Of a stretch of DNA of 64,000 bases, positions 25,565 through 38,927 are shown piece by piece. The position numbers and the translations under genes are program-made. The notes under the pieces are model-generated. The model was given only the letters and a program-made list of their open reading frames with translations, did not search any database and was not told the origin of the DNA. The stretch is from Heterodontus francisci (lineage: Eukaryota), in NCBI RefSeq assembly GCF_036365525.1, contig NC_090421.1, positions 1,747,982-1,811,981 of the forward strand, read 5' to 3'. How positions within the stretch are numbered: the stretch's first letter is position 1; each line of letters opens with the position of its first letter.

Positions 25565-26762
25565 AAGAACATAAGTAATAGGAGTAGGCCATTCAGCCCC
25601 TCAAGCCTGCCCCGCCATTCAATAAGATCATGGCTGATCTGTCCCAGGCCTCAACTCCTCTTTCGGGCCTGCTCTGCATAACCCTCGACTCCCCGAGATT
25701 GCAAAATCTATCTACCTCCTCCTTAAATACATTTGGTGACCTAGCCTCCACAACTCTGAGGCAGAGAATTCCAGAGATTCACCACCCTCTGAGAAGAAAA
25801 AATTCCTTCGCATCTCAGTTTTAAATGTGTAGCCCCCTTATTCTGTAATTATGTCCCCTAGTTCGAGATTCCCCCACCAGTGGAAACATCATCTCAACAT
25901 CTACCCTGTCGAGCCCCCTTAAAAATTTTATACGTTTCTAGAAGATCACCTCTCATTCTTCTAAACTCCAATGAATAAAGGCCTAACTTGTTTTGCCGTT
26001 CTTGATAAGACAACCCCTTCATCCCAGGAATCAGCCTACTGAACCTTTTCTGAACTGCCTCCAATGCTAGTATATCCTTCTTTAAATACGGGGACCAAAA
26101 CTGTACTCAGTACTCCAGGTGTGGCCTCACCAACACCCTGTACAGTTGTAACAAGACTTCCCTATTTTTTTTATTTTTTTAACTCTAACCCCCTAGCAAT
26201 AAAGGCCAAAATTCCATTTGCCTTCCTAATTACTTGCTGCACCTGCATGCTAACCTTGTGTTTCATGTACAAGAACACCCAGATCCCTCTGTACTGCAGT
26301 ATTTTGTAGTCTTTCTCCATCTAAATAATAATCTGCCTTTTTCTTTTTCCTACCAAAGTGGATGATCTCACACTTTCCCACATTGAACACCATCTGCCAA
26401 GTTTTTGCCTACTCACCTAACTGATCTATGTCCCTTTGCAGATTCTTTGTGTCCTCATCACTGCATGCCTTCCCACCTATTTTTGCATCGTCAGCAAATT
26501 TGGATACACCACACTCTGTCCCTTCCTCCAAGTCATTAATGTAGATCGTAAATAGTTGAGGCCCTAGGACCGATCCTTGTGGCAGCCCACTAGTTACGGC
26601 TTTCCAACCTGAAAAAGACCCAATAATCCCGACACTCTGCCTTCTGTGTGTTAGCCAATCCTCAATCCATGCCAACACATTACCCCCAGTACCCTGAGCT
26701 CTTATTCTGTGCAATAACCTTTTATGTGGCACCTTATCAAATGCCTTCTGAAAATCCAAATA
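25565..26762 (-). mobile_element. CR1 LINE 3' part nested in an L2 remnant
   Basis: DFQKAFDKVPH, PQGSVLGP, KFADD; ACCT on both flanks. Confidence 0.88.
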
Positions 26763-29369
26763 CCTGTCTTAATACCTCCTTATTTGGTTCAGTGTTACAT
26801 TTTTTGTTTGATAATCACACCTGTGAAGTGCCTTGGGGCATTTAACTATATTAAATGTCTACAGGCACATTGTTATTGTAAACTTCTTTAAAAAACTGGA
26901 ACCAATTGCAGACATGCAGGATCATTCAGTACAGTTCTTTTCTCCATTTCTGCTAGTTGAATTGCGATAAAAGTTTATTTCTGTGGCAAAATAAAGTAAA
27001 CTTCCCCTCTTCTGCTCACTCCTGTTTGATTTAAACAAAAAACTAAAAAGACTAAGGCCCTTACAGTGCAGACACCATCAAGAAAAAAAATCACTACCAC
27101 TCCCCATCAGCAATAGCATCCTTCTTGTGAAGTACAAGCAATGAAACCAACAAACCTCTGAAGGCGGAAATATTGCTTCTTGCTGATGTGAACTTTCAGG
27201 AGGTTTAATAAACATCTATACAGTAGTCAACATTGCATAAGAAACTTTACAGTCTGGAGTGGCAAGCATTTTAACCCATTGATTACAGTCACTAAACAGC
27301 AAAAGTAGTTAAAAACTAATAATTTGAATGCCTTTTTAGTACAACCATCTATTCAGACATCTACAATAAATAAAATGCTAATTTCAAAATATTTCTATTG
27401 TATACTATGACAAGGATTCATTCACAGGGGAAAATAATTCTTAAAAAAAAAAGTCACTAATCAAAAGGTTATGATTTTTCTCCACTGAATTCCTTTTTCT
27501 TCACCCGTTCTAATACTGAAAGGTTTTGCTTGGAGTTACATGCAGATAAACAAAGGATCCCTATTTAATTATTGAATTACCAGAGTTTACTGAGAAAGTG
27601 CTTCCTCAATTACACAACTGCATTTTGCTACTGTGTTCAGCACCAATGCACAGAAGGAGGAGGCCAACTCTGGTTCAGCCAGAGTATCAGGGGGAAGGCA
27701 TTAAGAAGAAGTGAGATCCGGTTCAATGAGGAAGCAATTTTTTTTCTTTAAATGGCTCAGTAAGCAAAGACCATTTGCAATCACTTCCTCTAAAAGGCAG
27801 GAAGGAAAACAGTTGGAAAAGAAAACTACACAAAATCCTTGCACCTCCCATGCTCATACATCCAGTCTTGTGGCTATTTTTGCTGGTCACATTTTATTGT
27901 CCATTGGCCTAGATTCAGATATTGTAATTCCCCAGCTTCTCATGTTTTTAATTGCGTTGGTACCAGTCTGCAATGGAGGAGTGGGGCTGAGCAGATCACG
28001 TTAGTGCTGCAGACACACAAAGAGATGGTGTATACATCAATCATAAGTTCCTTCTCACAGCAAGAGGCCAACGGCAATGACAACTTCACTGGCTATAATT
28101 TTTTTGTTGCTGCCACATTCTCCCTGCCGTCAACACTCATTTATAACATCTAGCGTGGCTTGCTTGAGAGCTCCACAAGAACTCAGAGGGGGTAGAAAGA
28201 ACACATTGTTGCCTTAAGAGGCTCACCCAGGCAGCACTCTTAACACAAAGCCAATTTGTTGGTGGACTCAAAACGCAGCAAAAACCTAGGCGACAGATAC
28301 AGCCCGCTGAAGTGTGCTATGTAATAAAAGTCTACATTCGCTATAAAAATGTAATGGGATGTTGGCAGAAATAGTCATGTACTTTCCAAGAAATGGCAAA
28401 CTAGATATTTAATACAGAGCTGTATTGTTGCTTCAATGTTATGCAAGAGGGTCATTATTCCACAGCATGCTGCAATGAGCCCACTTCTAACTGCATGTAA
28501 AAACTTCCCAAGCACCCTGCCATAACTAAATTTTCTGTCCTTGTTACAGTCAAAACATATACCACCTAACGGATGTCATTATAATTCACTCCATGTGCAC
28601 ATTTCCTGAAAGCAGTAGGTGTGCCAAATCCATTACGAGCTACAATAATGTTTTCTGTACTGATCATGAGCCAAGTACAGTTGAAGCTTGTTATGTAATT
28701 AAACAGTCAGCCAAGGAATAAACCAATGCTTTTCAACCTACAAGTCAGACCTCCTTTGCTGTCTCCTCCCCTCCCCACAAATAAAACTGATTACCTGTCA
28801 CCTCAACTATTACTGATAATAATTCTGAAATTTGTCATCTGCCTTTACTGAACTGCCACAACCACTGATGTATTCTCCATCTTTTTGGTCACTGAAGGCC
28901 ACCATACAATTAAATATTGCAATTACAAGACACACCAACAACTAGTAGAAGAAAGGAGTGCAACACGGGTTAATGGAGGATCTCAATATAGATTCAAGTG
29001 AACAGCAAAAAGGAGTAATTGTACTGAGTTTGGTCAAGAATCTAGAGTCAACACACCTCCAATTAATGGGAGGGCAGTGAATTTAATTTAATTTTATATG
29101 CATGAAACAAGGTCGACTGTTCTTTTATTCTTTCATTAGTTTTTTAAAGCTTAAACATTATATACTGAACAGCCTCAGTCATATAGTGACAATAGGTGAT
29201 GCCGCTTTCTCAAAACATTTAAGTGCATCCTGTGACCCATCACAATTCTAGTCACTTCATTCAAAACTCCCCAAAACCCAAGTAGACTAACAAATACATG
29301 AAATCAAAAGCAATTGTTTAATCAACTCACTTGCCAGAATCCCCACAACTCTACATAATCAATGGACAT

Positions 29370-30472
29370 ACAGGGGAATGTGGCAGGTCGGATCCAAAAT
29401 TGGCTCAGTGACAAAGGGTAGTCGTCGACGGATGTTTTTGTGAATGGAAAGCGGTTTCCAGTGGCGTTCCACAGGACTCAGTGTTGGGACCCTTGCTGTT
29501 TGTGATATATATTAATGCTACAGACTTAAATGTGGGAGGCATGATTGGGAAATTTGCTGATGACACAAAAATTGGCCGTGTAGTTGATAATGAAGAGGAT
29601 AGCTGTAGACTCCAGAATGATATCAATTGTTTGGTTGAGTGAGCGGAAATGTGGCAAATGGAATTCAACCCAGAGAAATGTGAGGTAATGCACTTGAGGA
29701 GGACAAACAAAGTGAGGGAATACACAATAAACAGAAGGATATTGAGAGGGGAAGAAGAATTGAAAGACCTTGGAATGCATGTCCGCAGGTCCCTGAAGGT
29801 GGCAGGACAGGTAGATAGAGTGGTGAAGGCGGCATATGGAATGCTTTCCTTTATTGGCTGAGGTATAGAATACAAAAGCAGGGATGTAATGCTGGAACTG
29901 TATAAAACGCTGGTTAGGCCACAGCTGGAGTATTGCGTACAGTTCTGGTCACCACATTACAGGAAGGACATAATTGATCTGGAGAGAGTACAGAGGAGAT
30001 TTACAAGAATGTTGCCAGGGCTTGAAAGTTGCAGCTATGAGGAAAGACTGGATCGGCTCAGGTTGTTTTCCTTAGAACAGAGGAGGTTGAGGGGTGACTT
30101 AATAGAGGTGTACAAAATTATGAGGGGCCTAGATAGAGTAGGCAGGAAGGACCTGTTTCCCCTAGCGGAGAAGCCAATTACCAGGGGGCACAGATTTAGG
30201 GTGATTGGTAGAAGGATTAGAGGGGACATGAGGGAAAACTTTTTCACTGAGGGCAATGGGTGTCTGGAATTCATTGCCAGGAACGGTGGTGGAGGCAGAA
30301 ACCCTCAATTCATTTAAAGGGTATCTTAGACATGCACCTGAAGTGCTGTAACCTGGAGGCTACGGACCAGGTGCTGGAAAGTGCGGTGAGATTGGGCGGC
30401 TAGATTTTTCGGCTGGTGCAGACACAATGGGCTGAATGGCCTCCTTGGGTGCCGTAATTTTTCTTTGGTTCT
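29370..30472 (+). mobile_element. CR1 LINE 3' part
   Basis: [40 protein letters not shown]; CR1 3' UTR. Confidence 0.9.
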
Positions 30473-30559
30473 AACTGCCATATTCCTTCTTCAATGCTGC
30501 CCCCGAATAGAATGCAGACTCTCCTGCAACAACTTGAGATGCTTTATTGAGTTAAAGGG

Positions 30560-31190
30560 GCATTTTAAAGCAAAGTTGGACACTTAGCCACATTAGGCGA
30601 TACTGGGGCAGACGGACAAAAGCTTGGTCAGAAATAAGCTTTAAGGAGCATCTTAAAGGAGGTGAATGAGACAAAGGCAAAGATATTTGGCCGGGGCGGG
30701 CGCAGAATTCCAAAGCTTATGGTTGAACACACAACCACCAATGGTAGAGCGATTAAAACCAGGTATGATCAAAAGGCCAGAATTAGGGGAGATCAGAGGG
30801 TTGTAGGAGATTAGAGATAGGGACAAAGCCATGGAGGAATCTGAAGCCAAGGATGAGAACTTTAAAAATTGAGGCATTGCTTCACTGGGAGCCAATGTAG
30901 GCCAGCGAGCTCTGGGATGATAGGTGAAGAGATTTGGTGCAAGTAAGGACACAGGCAGCAGTGTTTTGGATGACTTCAAGTTTACGGAGGGAAGAATGTA
31001 GGAGGCGAGTAAAGAGTGCGCTGGAATGGTCACGTCTCGAAGTAACAAAGGCATAGATGAGGCTTTCAGCAGATGAAGCGAGGCAGGGGCGCAGTCAGAC
31101 AATGTTCGGGGTGGAAACAGGTCATCTTAGCGATGGCGCGGGTGTGTGGTCAGAAGCTCATCTCAGGGTCAAACAGGAAAACCAAAGATT
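30560..31190 (-). mobile_element. L2 LINE remnant
   Basis: Degenerate L2 C-terminus (LDYS, HWLP-like, LWNS). Similar remnants at ~8790-8980, 25250-25565, 31700-31925 and 35193-35450. Confidence 0.6.
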
Positions 31191-31542
31191 TATTAATTTT
31201 AAATAACTGAAATTGCTTATATGGACAGTTTACCACAGGGGGGCTGGTTGGCTCCACATTTAAAAGCTGTGATCCAGCGAACATACCATTCAAGATCTTG
31301 GTCACTTGATATTTAAAATGTTAAATTAAAGACATCCTCTACTTCTTCCCTAGTCAGAAAAACCCTCATACCAAAGCAGCAAGGCAGGAGAAAAGTACAG
31401 GTACTACAGATCAAATTTAGTAATTAAACATGAGGTTTTGATTTTTTATGCCAATCTCAAATTACTGCCCCCTTCCCAAAAGCATTACGAGTTTTTAAAC
31501 TAACAAATTGGTTTGCGCTTTAAACATAGAACTTTTACCTAC

Positions 31543-31611
31543 CTTTTTGGAGAGTGACGATACATTCATACCAAATCTTTCAGCTCTCTCTCTCAATTTT
31601 TCAGCACTGAT
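31543..31611 (-). CDS. SARNP: SARNP exon 9
   Basis: 69 nt; ISAEKLRERAERFGMNVSSLSKK. Confidence 0.95.
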
Positions 31612-31924
31612 CTGCAAGTTAAGAGTAAGCAGTCAGAATTTTTGAGTAGAAATTTGATACATTACAGTCAAACTAATTACTTCTCTCTGGTGATATGGGC
31701 AGAACAACTTTTAATCATGTCACCTTTAACATAGTAAAATGCCCCAAGGTGCTTCACAGGAGCGCCATCGAACAAATTTCAACACCAAGCCATATAAAGG
31801 AGATGAGGTTAAGTATCCAAAAGCTTGGTCAAAGAGGTAGACTTTAAGGATCATCTTAGAGGGACAGAGGCAGAGAGGTTCAAAGGTAGAATTCAAGAGC
31901 TTAGGACCCAGGCAACTGAAAGCA

Positions 31925-34900
31925 ATTTTTTTTTTTTTTAATTATTCATTCATGAGATGTGGGCGTCACTGGCTAGGCCAGCATTTATTGCCCATCCCTA
32001 ATTTCCCTTGAAGGTGGTGGTGAGCTGCCTTCTTGAAACACTGCAGTCCATTTGGGGTAGGTATACCCACAGTGCTGTTAGGGAGTTCCAGGATTTTGAC
32101 CCAGCAACAATGAAGGAACGGTGATATAGTCCCAAGTCAGGATGGTGTGTGACTTGGAGGGGAACTTGCAGGTGGTGGTGTTCCCATGCATCTGCTGCCC
32201 TTGTCCTTCTAGATGATAGAGGTCACTGGTTTGGAAGGTGCTGTCTAAGGAGCCTTGGTGCGTTGCTACAAAGCATCTTGTAGATGGTACACACTGCTGC
32301 CACTGTGCGTCGGTGGTGGAGGGAGTGAATGTTTGTAGATGGGGTGCCAATTAAGCAGGCTGCTTTGTCCTGGATAGTGTTGAGCTTCTCGAGCATTGTT
32401 GGAGCTGCACCCATCCAGGCAAGTGGAGAGTATTCCATCCCTCTCTTGACTTGTGCCTTGTAGATGGTGGACAGACTTTGGGGGGAGTCCAGAGGAGAGT
32501 TACTCGCCGCAGGATTCCTAGCCTCTGAACTGTTCTTGTAGCCACGATATTTACATGGCTACTCCAGTTCAGTTTCTGGTCAATGGTAGCCCCTAGGATG
32601 TTGATAGTGGGGGAATTCAGCGATGGAAATGCCGTTGAATGTCATGAGGAGATGGTTAGATTCTCTCTTGTTGGAGATGGTCATTGCCTGGCACTTGTGT
32701 GGCGCGAATATTACTTGCCACTTATCAACCCAAGCCTGGGTTTTGTCCAGGTCTTGCTGCATTTCTACACGGACTGCTTCAGTATCTGAGGAGTCATGAA
32801 TGGCGCTGAACACTGTGCAATCATCAGCGAACATCCCCACTTCTGACCTTATGATTGAAGGAAGGTCATTGATGAAGCAGCTGAAGATGGTTGGGCCTAG
32901 CACACTACCCTGAGGAACTCCTGCAGTGATGTTCTGGAGCTCAAATGATTGACCTCCAACAACCACAACCATCTTCCTTTGCGCTAGGTATGACTCCAGC
33001 CAGCAGAGGGTTTTCCCCGATTCCCATTGACCTCAGTTTTGCCAGCGCTCCCTGATGCCATACTCGGTCAAATTGCTGCCTTGATGTCAAGGGCAGTCAC
33101 TCTCACCTCTGGAGTTCAGCTCTTTTGTCCATGTTTGGACTAAGGCTGTAAATGAGGTCAGGAGCTGAGTTGCCCTGGCGGAACCCAAACTGAGCGTCAC
33201 TGAGCAGGTTATTGCTAAGCGAGTGCCACTTGATGCACTGTTGATGACACCTTCCATCACTTTACTGATGAATGGTAGGCTGATGGGGCGGTAATTGGCC
33301 GGGTTGGACTTGTCCTGCTTTTTGTGAACAGGACATACCTGGGCAATTTTCCACATTGCCGGGTACATGCCAGTGTTGTAGCTGTACTGGAACAGCTTGG
33401 CCAGGGGCACGGCCAGTTCTGGAGCACAGGTCTTCAGTACTACTGCCGGAATATTGTCAGGGCCCATAGCCTTTGCAGTATTCAGTGCCTTCAGTTGTTT
33501 CTTGATATCACGCAGAGTGAATCGAATTGGCTGAAGTCTGGCATCTGTGATGCTGGGGACTTCAAAGGAGGCCGGGATGGATCATCAACTCGGCACTTCT
33601 GGCTGAAGATGGTTGCAAATGCTTCTGCCTTATCTTTCGCACTGATGTGCTGGGCTCCCCCATCATTGAGGATGGGGATATTTGTGGAGCCACTGCCTCC
33701 AGTTAGTTGTTTAATTGTCCACCACCATTCACGGCTGGATGTGGCAGGACTGCAGAGCTTCGATCTGATCTGTTGGTTATGGGATCGCTTAGCTCTGTCT
33801 ATCGCATGTTGCTTACGCAGTTTGGCACGCATGTAGTCCTGGGTTGTAGCTTCACCAGATTGACACCTCATTTTGAGGTATGCCTGGTGCTGCTCCTGGC
33901 ATGCACTCCTGCACTCTTCATTGAACCAGGGTTGGTCTCCTGGCTTGATGGTAATGGTAGAGTGGGGAATATGCCAGGCCATGAGGTTACAGACTGTGGT
34001 TGAGTACAATTCTGCTGCTGCTGAAGGCCCACAGTGCCTCATGGATGCCCAGTTTTGCATTGCTAGATCTGTTCGAAATCTATCCCATTTAGCATGGTGG
34101 TAGTGCCACACAACACGATGGAGGGTATCCTCAATGTGAAGGCGGGACCTCGTCTCCACAAGGACTGTGCGGTGGTCATTCCTACCAATACAGTCATGGA
34201 CAGACCCATCTGCGGCAAGCAGATTGGATGAGGACGAGGTTGAATAGGTTTTACCCTCTTGTTGGTTCCCTCACCACCTGCCGCAGACCCAGTCTAGCAG
34301 CTGTGTCCTTTAGGAATCAGCCAGCTCGGTCAGTAGTGGTACTACTGAGCCACTCTTGGTGATGGACTTTGAAGTCCCCCACCGAGTACATTCTGCACCT
34401 TTGCCACCCTCAGTGCTTCCTCCAAGTGCTGTTCAACATGGAAAAGTACTGACTCATCTGCTGAGGGAGGGTGTAGGTGGTAACCAGCAGGAGGCTGCCT
34501 TGCCCATGTTTGACCTGATGCCACAAAACTTCATGGGGTCCGGAGTCGATGTTGAGGACTCCCAGGGCAACTCCCTCCCGACTGTATACCACTCTGCCGT
34601 CACCTCTGCTGGGTCTATCCTGCCGGTGGGACAGGACATACCGGGGGATGGTGATGGCAGTGTCTGGGACATTGTCTGTAATGTATGATTCTGTGAGTAC
34701 GACTGTCAGGCTGTTGCTTGACTAGTCTGTGGGACAGCTCTCCCAACTTTGGCACAAGCCCCCAGAAGTTAGCAAGGAGGACTTTCCAGGGTCGACAGGG
34801 CTGGGTCTGCCGTTGCCTAGGTCGATGCCGGGTGGTCCGTCCGGTTTCATTCTTTTTTTATTGACTTTGTAGCGGTTAAATACAACTGAGTGGCTTGCTA

Positions 34901-35192
34901 AGCCATTTCAGAGGGCATGTAAGAGTCAACTACATTGTTGTGGGTCTGCAGTCGCATGTAGGCCAGACCAGGTAAGGACAGCAGATTTCCTTCCCGAAAG
35001 GACATGAGTGAACCAGATGGGTTTTTACAACAATCGACAATGGTTTCATGGCCATCATTAGACTAGCTTTGAATTCCAGATTTATTAATTGAATTCAAAT
35101 TCCACCTTCTACTGCGGTGGGATTCGAACCCATGGCCTCAGACCAATACCCTGGGTCTCTGGGTTACCAGTCCAGTGACAATACCACTACGC
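31925..35192 (-). mobile_element. Near full-length CR1/L2-group LINE with tRNA-derived head, APE and RT (frameshifted)
   Basis: ORF pieces with PWFNEEC, NYRPISL, GVPQGSVLGP, FADD; B-box GGTTCGAATCC at 35130-35120; A-rich tail; inserted into an L2 remnant. Confidence 0.9.
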
Positions 35193-35793
35193 ATGGCCAC
35201 CAATGGTGCAGCGATGGAAATTGGGGATATGCAAGAGGCCAGAACTTGAGCAGTGTGACGATAACTTGAATTTACATGGCGTCTTTAACACAGTAATGCC
35301 TCACAAGGCACTTCACAGAAGGGTTAACAAAATTTTGACACAGCCACGGAGGGCTGTAGGAAGTTAGAGGTAGGGAAGGGAGAGGCCATGGAGGGATTTG
35401 AAAACAAGGACAAACGATTTTAAAATAGAGGCTTTGCCGGCCCAATTTTAAATATAGATATATCAAGACTGTGAAACACTTACATCAAAAAACCTTTAAT
35501 TATGTACCAAGTTTGAGGGCCCAATTTAGGTTGGAGTTTGCATTGTTGCATATAGTTGACTCCATTTCTAGTGCACAGATTGGAAGCCATTTTAAACCAT
35601 GGACAACACATTCTGAAACTCTGCAGTGTCAAATTATTTTACAAACTAGTGACATCATTCATGACTATGCTGGATTTTATGTGAACACATCCAAGTTTGG
35701 GAAAAAATGTTGACAACTGCTCAAATTATGATTAGACTGACAGAAACAGATGGGAGTTTGGATGGTACTTAGCTTTCTGAAAAAAAAACTTAC

Positions 35794-35819
35794 CATGGTT
35801 TTGATATTTCCAGGAGTAC
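35794..35819 (-). CDS. SARNP: SARNP exon 8 (26-nt micro-exon)
   Basis: TAG acceptor, GTAAGT donor; GTPGNIKTM (human GLSSDNKPM); restores phase 0. Confidence 0.82.
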
Positions 35820-36835
35820 CTATATTAGAAAAAAAATGCAATTCACTCTCATCAGCCTGGTTAACAGTTCAAAGTACAAGAACACTAAAGACATCTTCAC
35901 AAAATATTAGAAATAGGGCTGTCACTGTATATAGTCAGGTACAGCATTGAGAATGATCACTGCACAGTACAGATACATTTTTATACCTAAAATTCCAGGA
36001 GACTGTAACAATACAGAATGACAAAAACCTCAAGACAATGAAGACTTCATATAATAATGAACTTAATGAGAGGCTACCAGAAACAGATATGCAAGATGAC
36101 AAAGCTACTGCCCGATTTTAGTGGATTGGCAAAGTCAGGATTAATTCTCAACATGCTAGCTAGAAATGGTATTCTTGAGAACTAAGCATCCCAAGACTAT
36201 TGGTCACCATCACCACTAAAGAGATTTTGGGTACAGATGAAGTACAATAGTAATGGAATTAATTCAAGTACAACCACTAGAAGGCATGCAAACACCCTCC
36301 ACTTCAGATACGTCCACCCAGCCTGTGAACACCACTCCACTGTGGTAGGTATAAGGCCAGGAACTCAAGACGCAGAGGACTGTGGGCAGTCAAGCAGATA
36401 TGCACATGGTTTAAAAAAAAAGGGGAAAAAAAAATCAAAAATACTATTTTTAAAAGATCAGAACAAAATAATCTGTTGCAGGTTACTGGCGTGGGTGGGG
36501 GGTGGTGAAGGGAAGTAAAATGGAATAAAAGTTTCCAAGAACAGGTAATTAAAAAAGTAATATTTCTTGAAGCAATTTATTTTTGGAGATGCACAGGAAA
36601 GGAGACATGAGAAAGAGAAAAATACAAGTGTATGGTCCTCAGCACACCATCTGCTCCAGATTCACAGGTACTGCAATTTTAAAACTTGTGCCAAACAGAG
36701 TGGTAAAATACAGATGCCGAGGCTAGGATGCTATTGTTGTGCTTCCATTTCTTTCTCTGTTTAGCTCTTTTAAAAATCACATCTGTAATATTGGGAACAA
36801 TGTTGGACCAAACAAAAGGATAATTTTGTTCTTAC

Positions 36836-36861
36836 CTTTTGTTGCAACAGGCAAACCAAAC
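36836..36861 (-). CDS. SARNP: SARNP exon 7 (26-nt micro-exon)
   Basis: TAG acceptor, GTAAG donor; (R)FGLPVATK(G) completes the RAARFG motif. Confidence 0.88.
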
Positions 36862-37809
36862 CTATTTTGGAAAAAATAAAAACTGTAAGATTCTCAAAAT
36901 GTATACACAAGACTGAAATAGTACTGTGGGATCGACCACAAATCTCACTCGAACTTGGCTTGTTCAGGATAACCATTTTTTAAAAAGGCAGTCGATCTTT
37001 GCATCAATACTGCCACCTTCTGGACAGGATTTAATTCAGATACTTGGAACAAGGTTGAAAAGATTGGAAAAAGCGAAGCTCAGAGTTGATCTGTGATCAG
37101 TACTTTTCTCAGACAATTGAAGATTCATTTTTAAAAAAACATGAACTTCAGAAATTTGACGACAAAATATTTGCCTGTCCAGGATGGGTCACTAGTCAAA
37201 CTGCCGAGGCATGCATCGCCTTCAACAATCAAGGTTATTCAATGGCCTGTGACCTAGTCTCTGAATTTGGGATTGGTTTCCTGATTGACAGTTTTATTGC
37301 AGCACAGTGTTCATTGTGTCAATTGTAGTCAAAGACAGCACTGAACTGCAATTAATCCAGACCTAAATTTTGGAAATCGGTTTCCTCTTACGCTCTGCAG
37401 TTTTCCTCCTCATCACAGCTGAGTCACACAGATTTGGTTTTCACCAAAACATCCATGCATAAAATTTCCAGGAGTCACTGGACAGCACTCAGGAAATTTT
37501 CTCTTCTCGAAGATATAGGACAAGGAGTAGGCCATTTAGCCCCTCAAGCCTAATCTGCCATTCAATCAGATAATGGCTAATCTGTGAGCCAACTCCATAT
37601 TTTGCCCCGTAGCCCTCGATACCTTTAGTTAACAAAAACCTCACAAATTAATTGATCTATCAATTCTTGTTTGAAGACTAACAAACTTCTACCACTGTGG
37701 AGGTGTTGCCTAATTTCACTCCTGAAAGTCTAAAATTTGGAGCCAGACCCAAGTCTCCTCGTCTTAGACTTACCAACCAGCAGAAATAGTTTTTTTTTTA
37801 AAAAAAGTT

Positions 37810-38226
37810 ACTTAATGGGATGTGGGCATCACTGGCTAGGCCAGCATTTACTGCCCATTCCTAACTGCCCTTGAGAAAGTGGTGGTGAGCTGCCTTCTTG
37901 AACCGCTGCAGTCCATTTGGGGTAGGTACACCCACAGTGCTGTTAGGAAGGGAGTTCCAGGATTTCGACCCAGCGACAGTGAAGGAACGGCCGATATAGT
38001 TCCCAGTCAGGATGGTGTGTGACTTGGAGGAGAACTTGCAGGTGGTGGTGTTCCCATGCATCTGCTGCCCTTGTCCTTCTAGGTGATAGAGGTTGCAGGT
38101 TCGGAAGGTGTTGTCCAAGGAGCCTTGGTGAGTTATTGCAGTGCACCTTGTAGATGGGTACACACTGCCGTCACTGTGCATCGGTGGTGAAGGGAATGAA
38201 TGTTGAAGGTGGTGAATGGGGTGCCA
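37810..38226 (-). mobile_element. 3' fragment of the same LINE family
   Basis: Matches 31940-32350; inserted within a CR1 remnant. Confidence 0.8.
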
Positions 38227-38927
38227 TCTCTCAATCTATCCTCTCTGTTCTCCTTAACATCTTGAAAACTTCAATCAAATCATCCCTTAATCATCAAAAT
38301 TCCCAGGAACACGACCCTAGCTTGCATAATCTCTCTTGGTAATTTAAAACTTGGGAGTCCACATATCATTCTGGTAAACTTACACTGCAGTCCCTCCAAG
38401 GACAATGTATCCTTCAACTAAGGTCAATTGTACCACTAGACTGCTACAGTTAAGTACAAAGACTTGGGATTAAAAATAAATCAGAAATGCAATAGTGGAG
38501 CACAGTTTTCCAACTATAGAAATAAGCCGAGAAACAGATTTGTATTATTTAAATGAAAAGAAATTACATCAAGAACAGCTTTCCCAATGGAATTTAAGCC
38601 AATCACTGCATACAACCAGGTGAGGAAGGTCAAAGAAATTAACAATTAGATTCCTTCCAAAGCCCAATCTTATTTTCTACCCCAATTATGTGCTTCAACC
38701 TTTGAATGCTGTCCAGTGACTCCTGTAGGAAGTGTATTGACATTGGTGAAAATTGAACAGATTCAATAGTGATCCCTTCTGTGGATAAACAACTGAACAT
38801 TAACTGACCATGTGCTAACTGTAGAATTACCCAATGCCTTCTAAATAATTCCTTTAATCTTTTCTAATTTATATATCTCCTAGGTAACATTTGCACTTGT
38901 ACATTTGTTTATGCAAATAATTAAACA

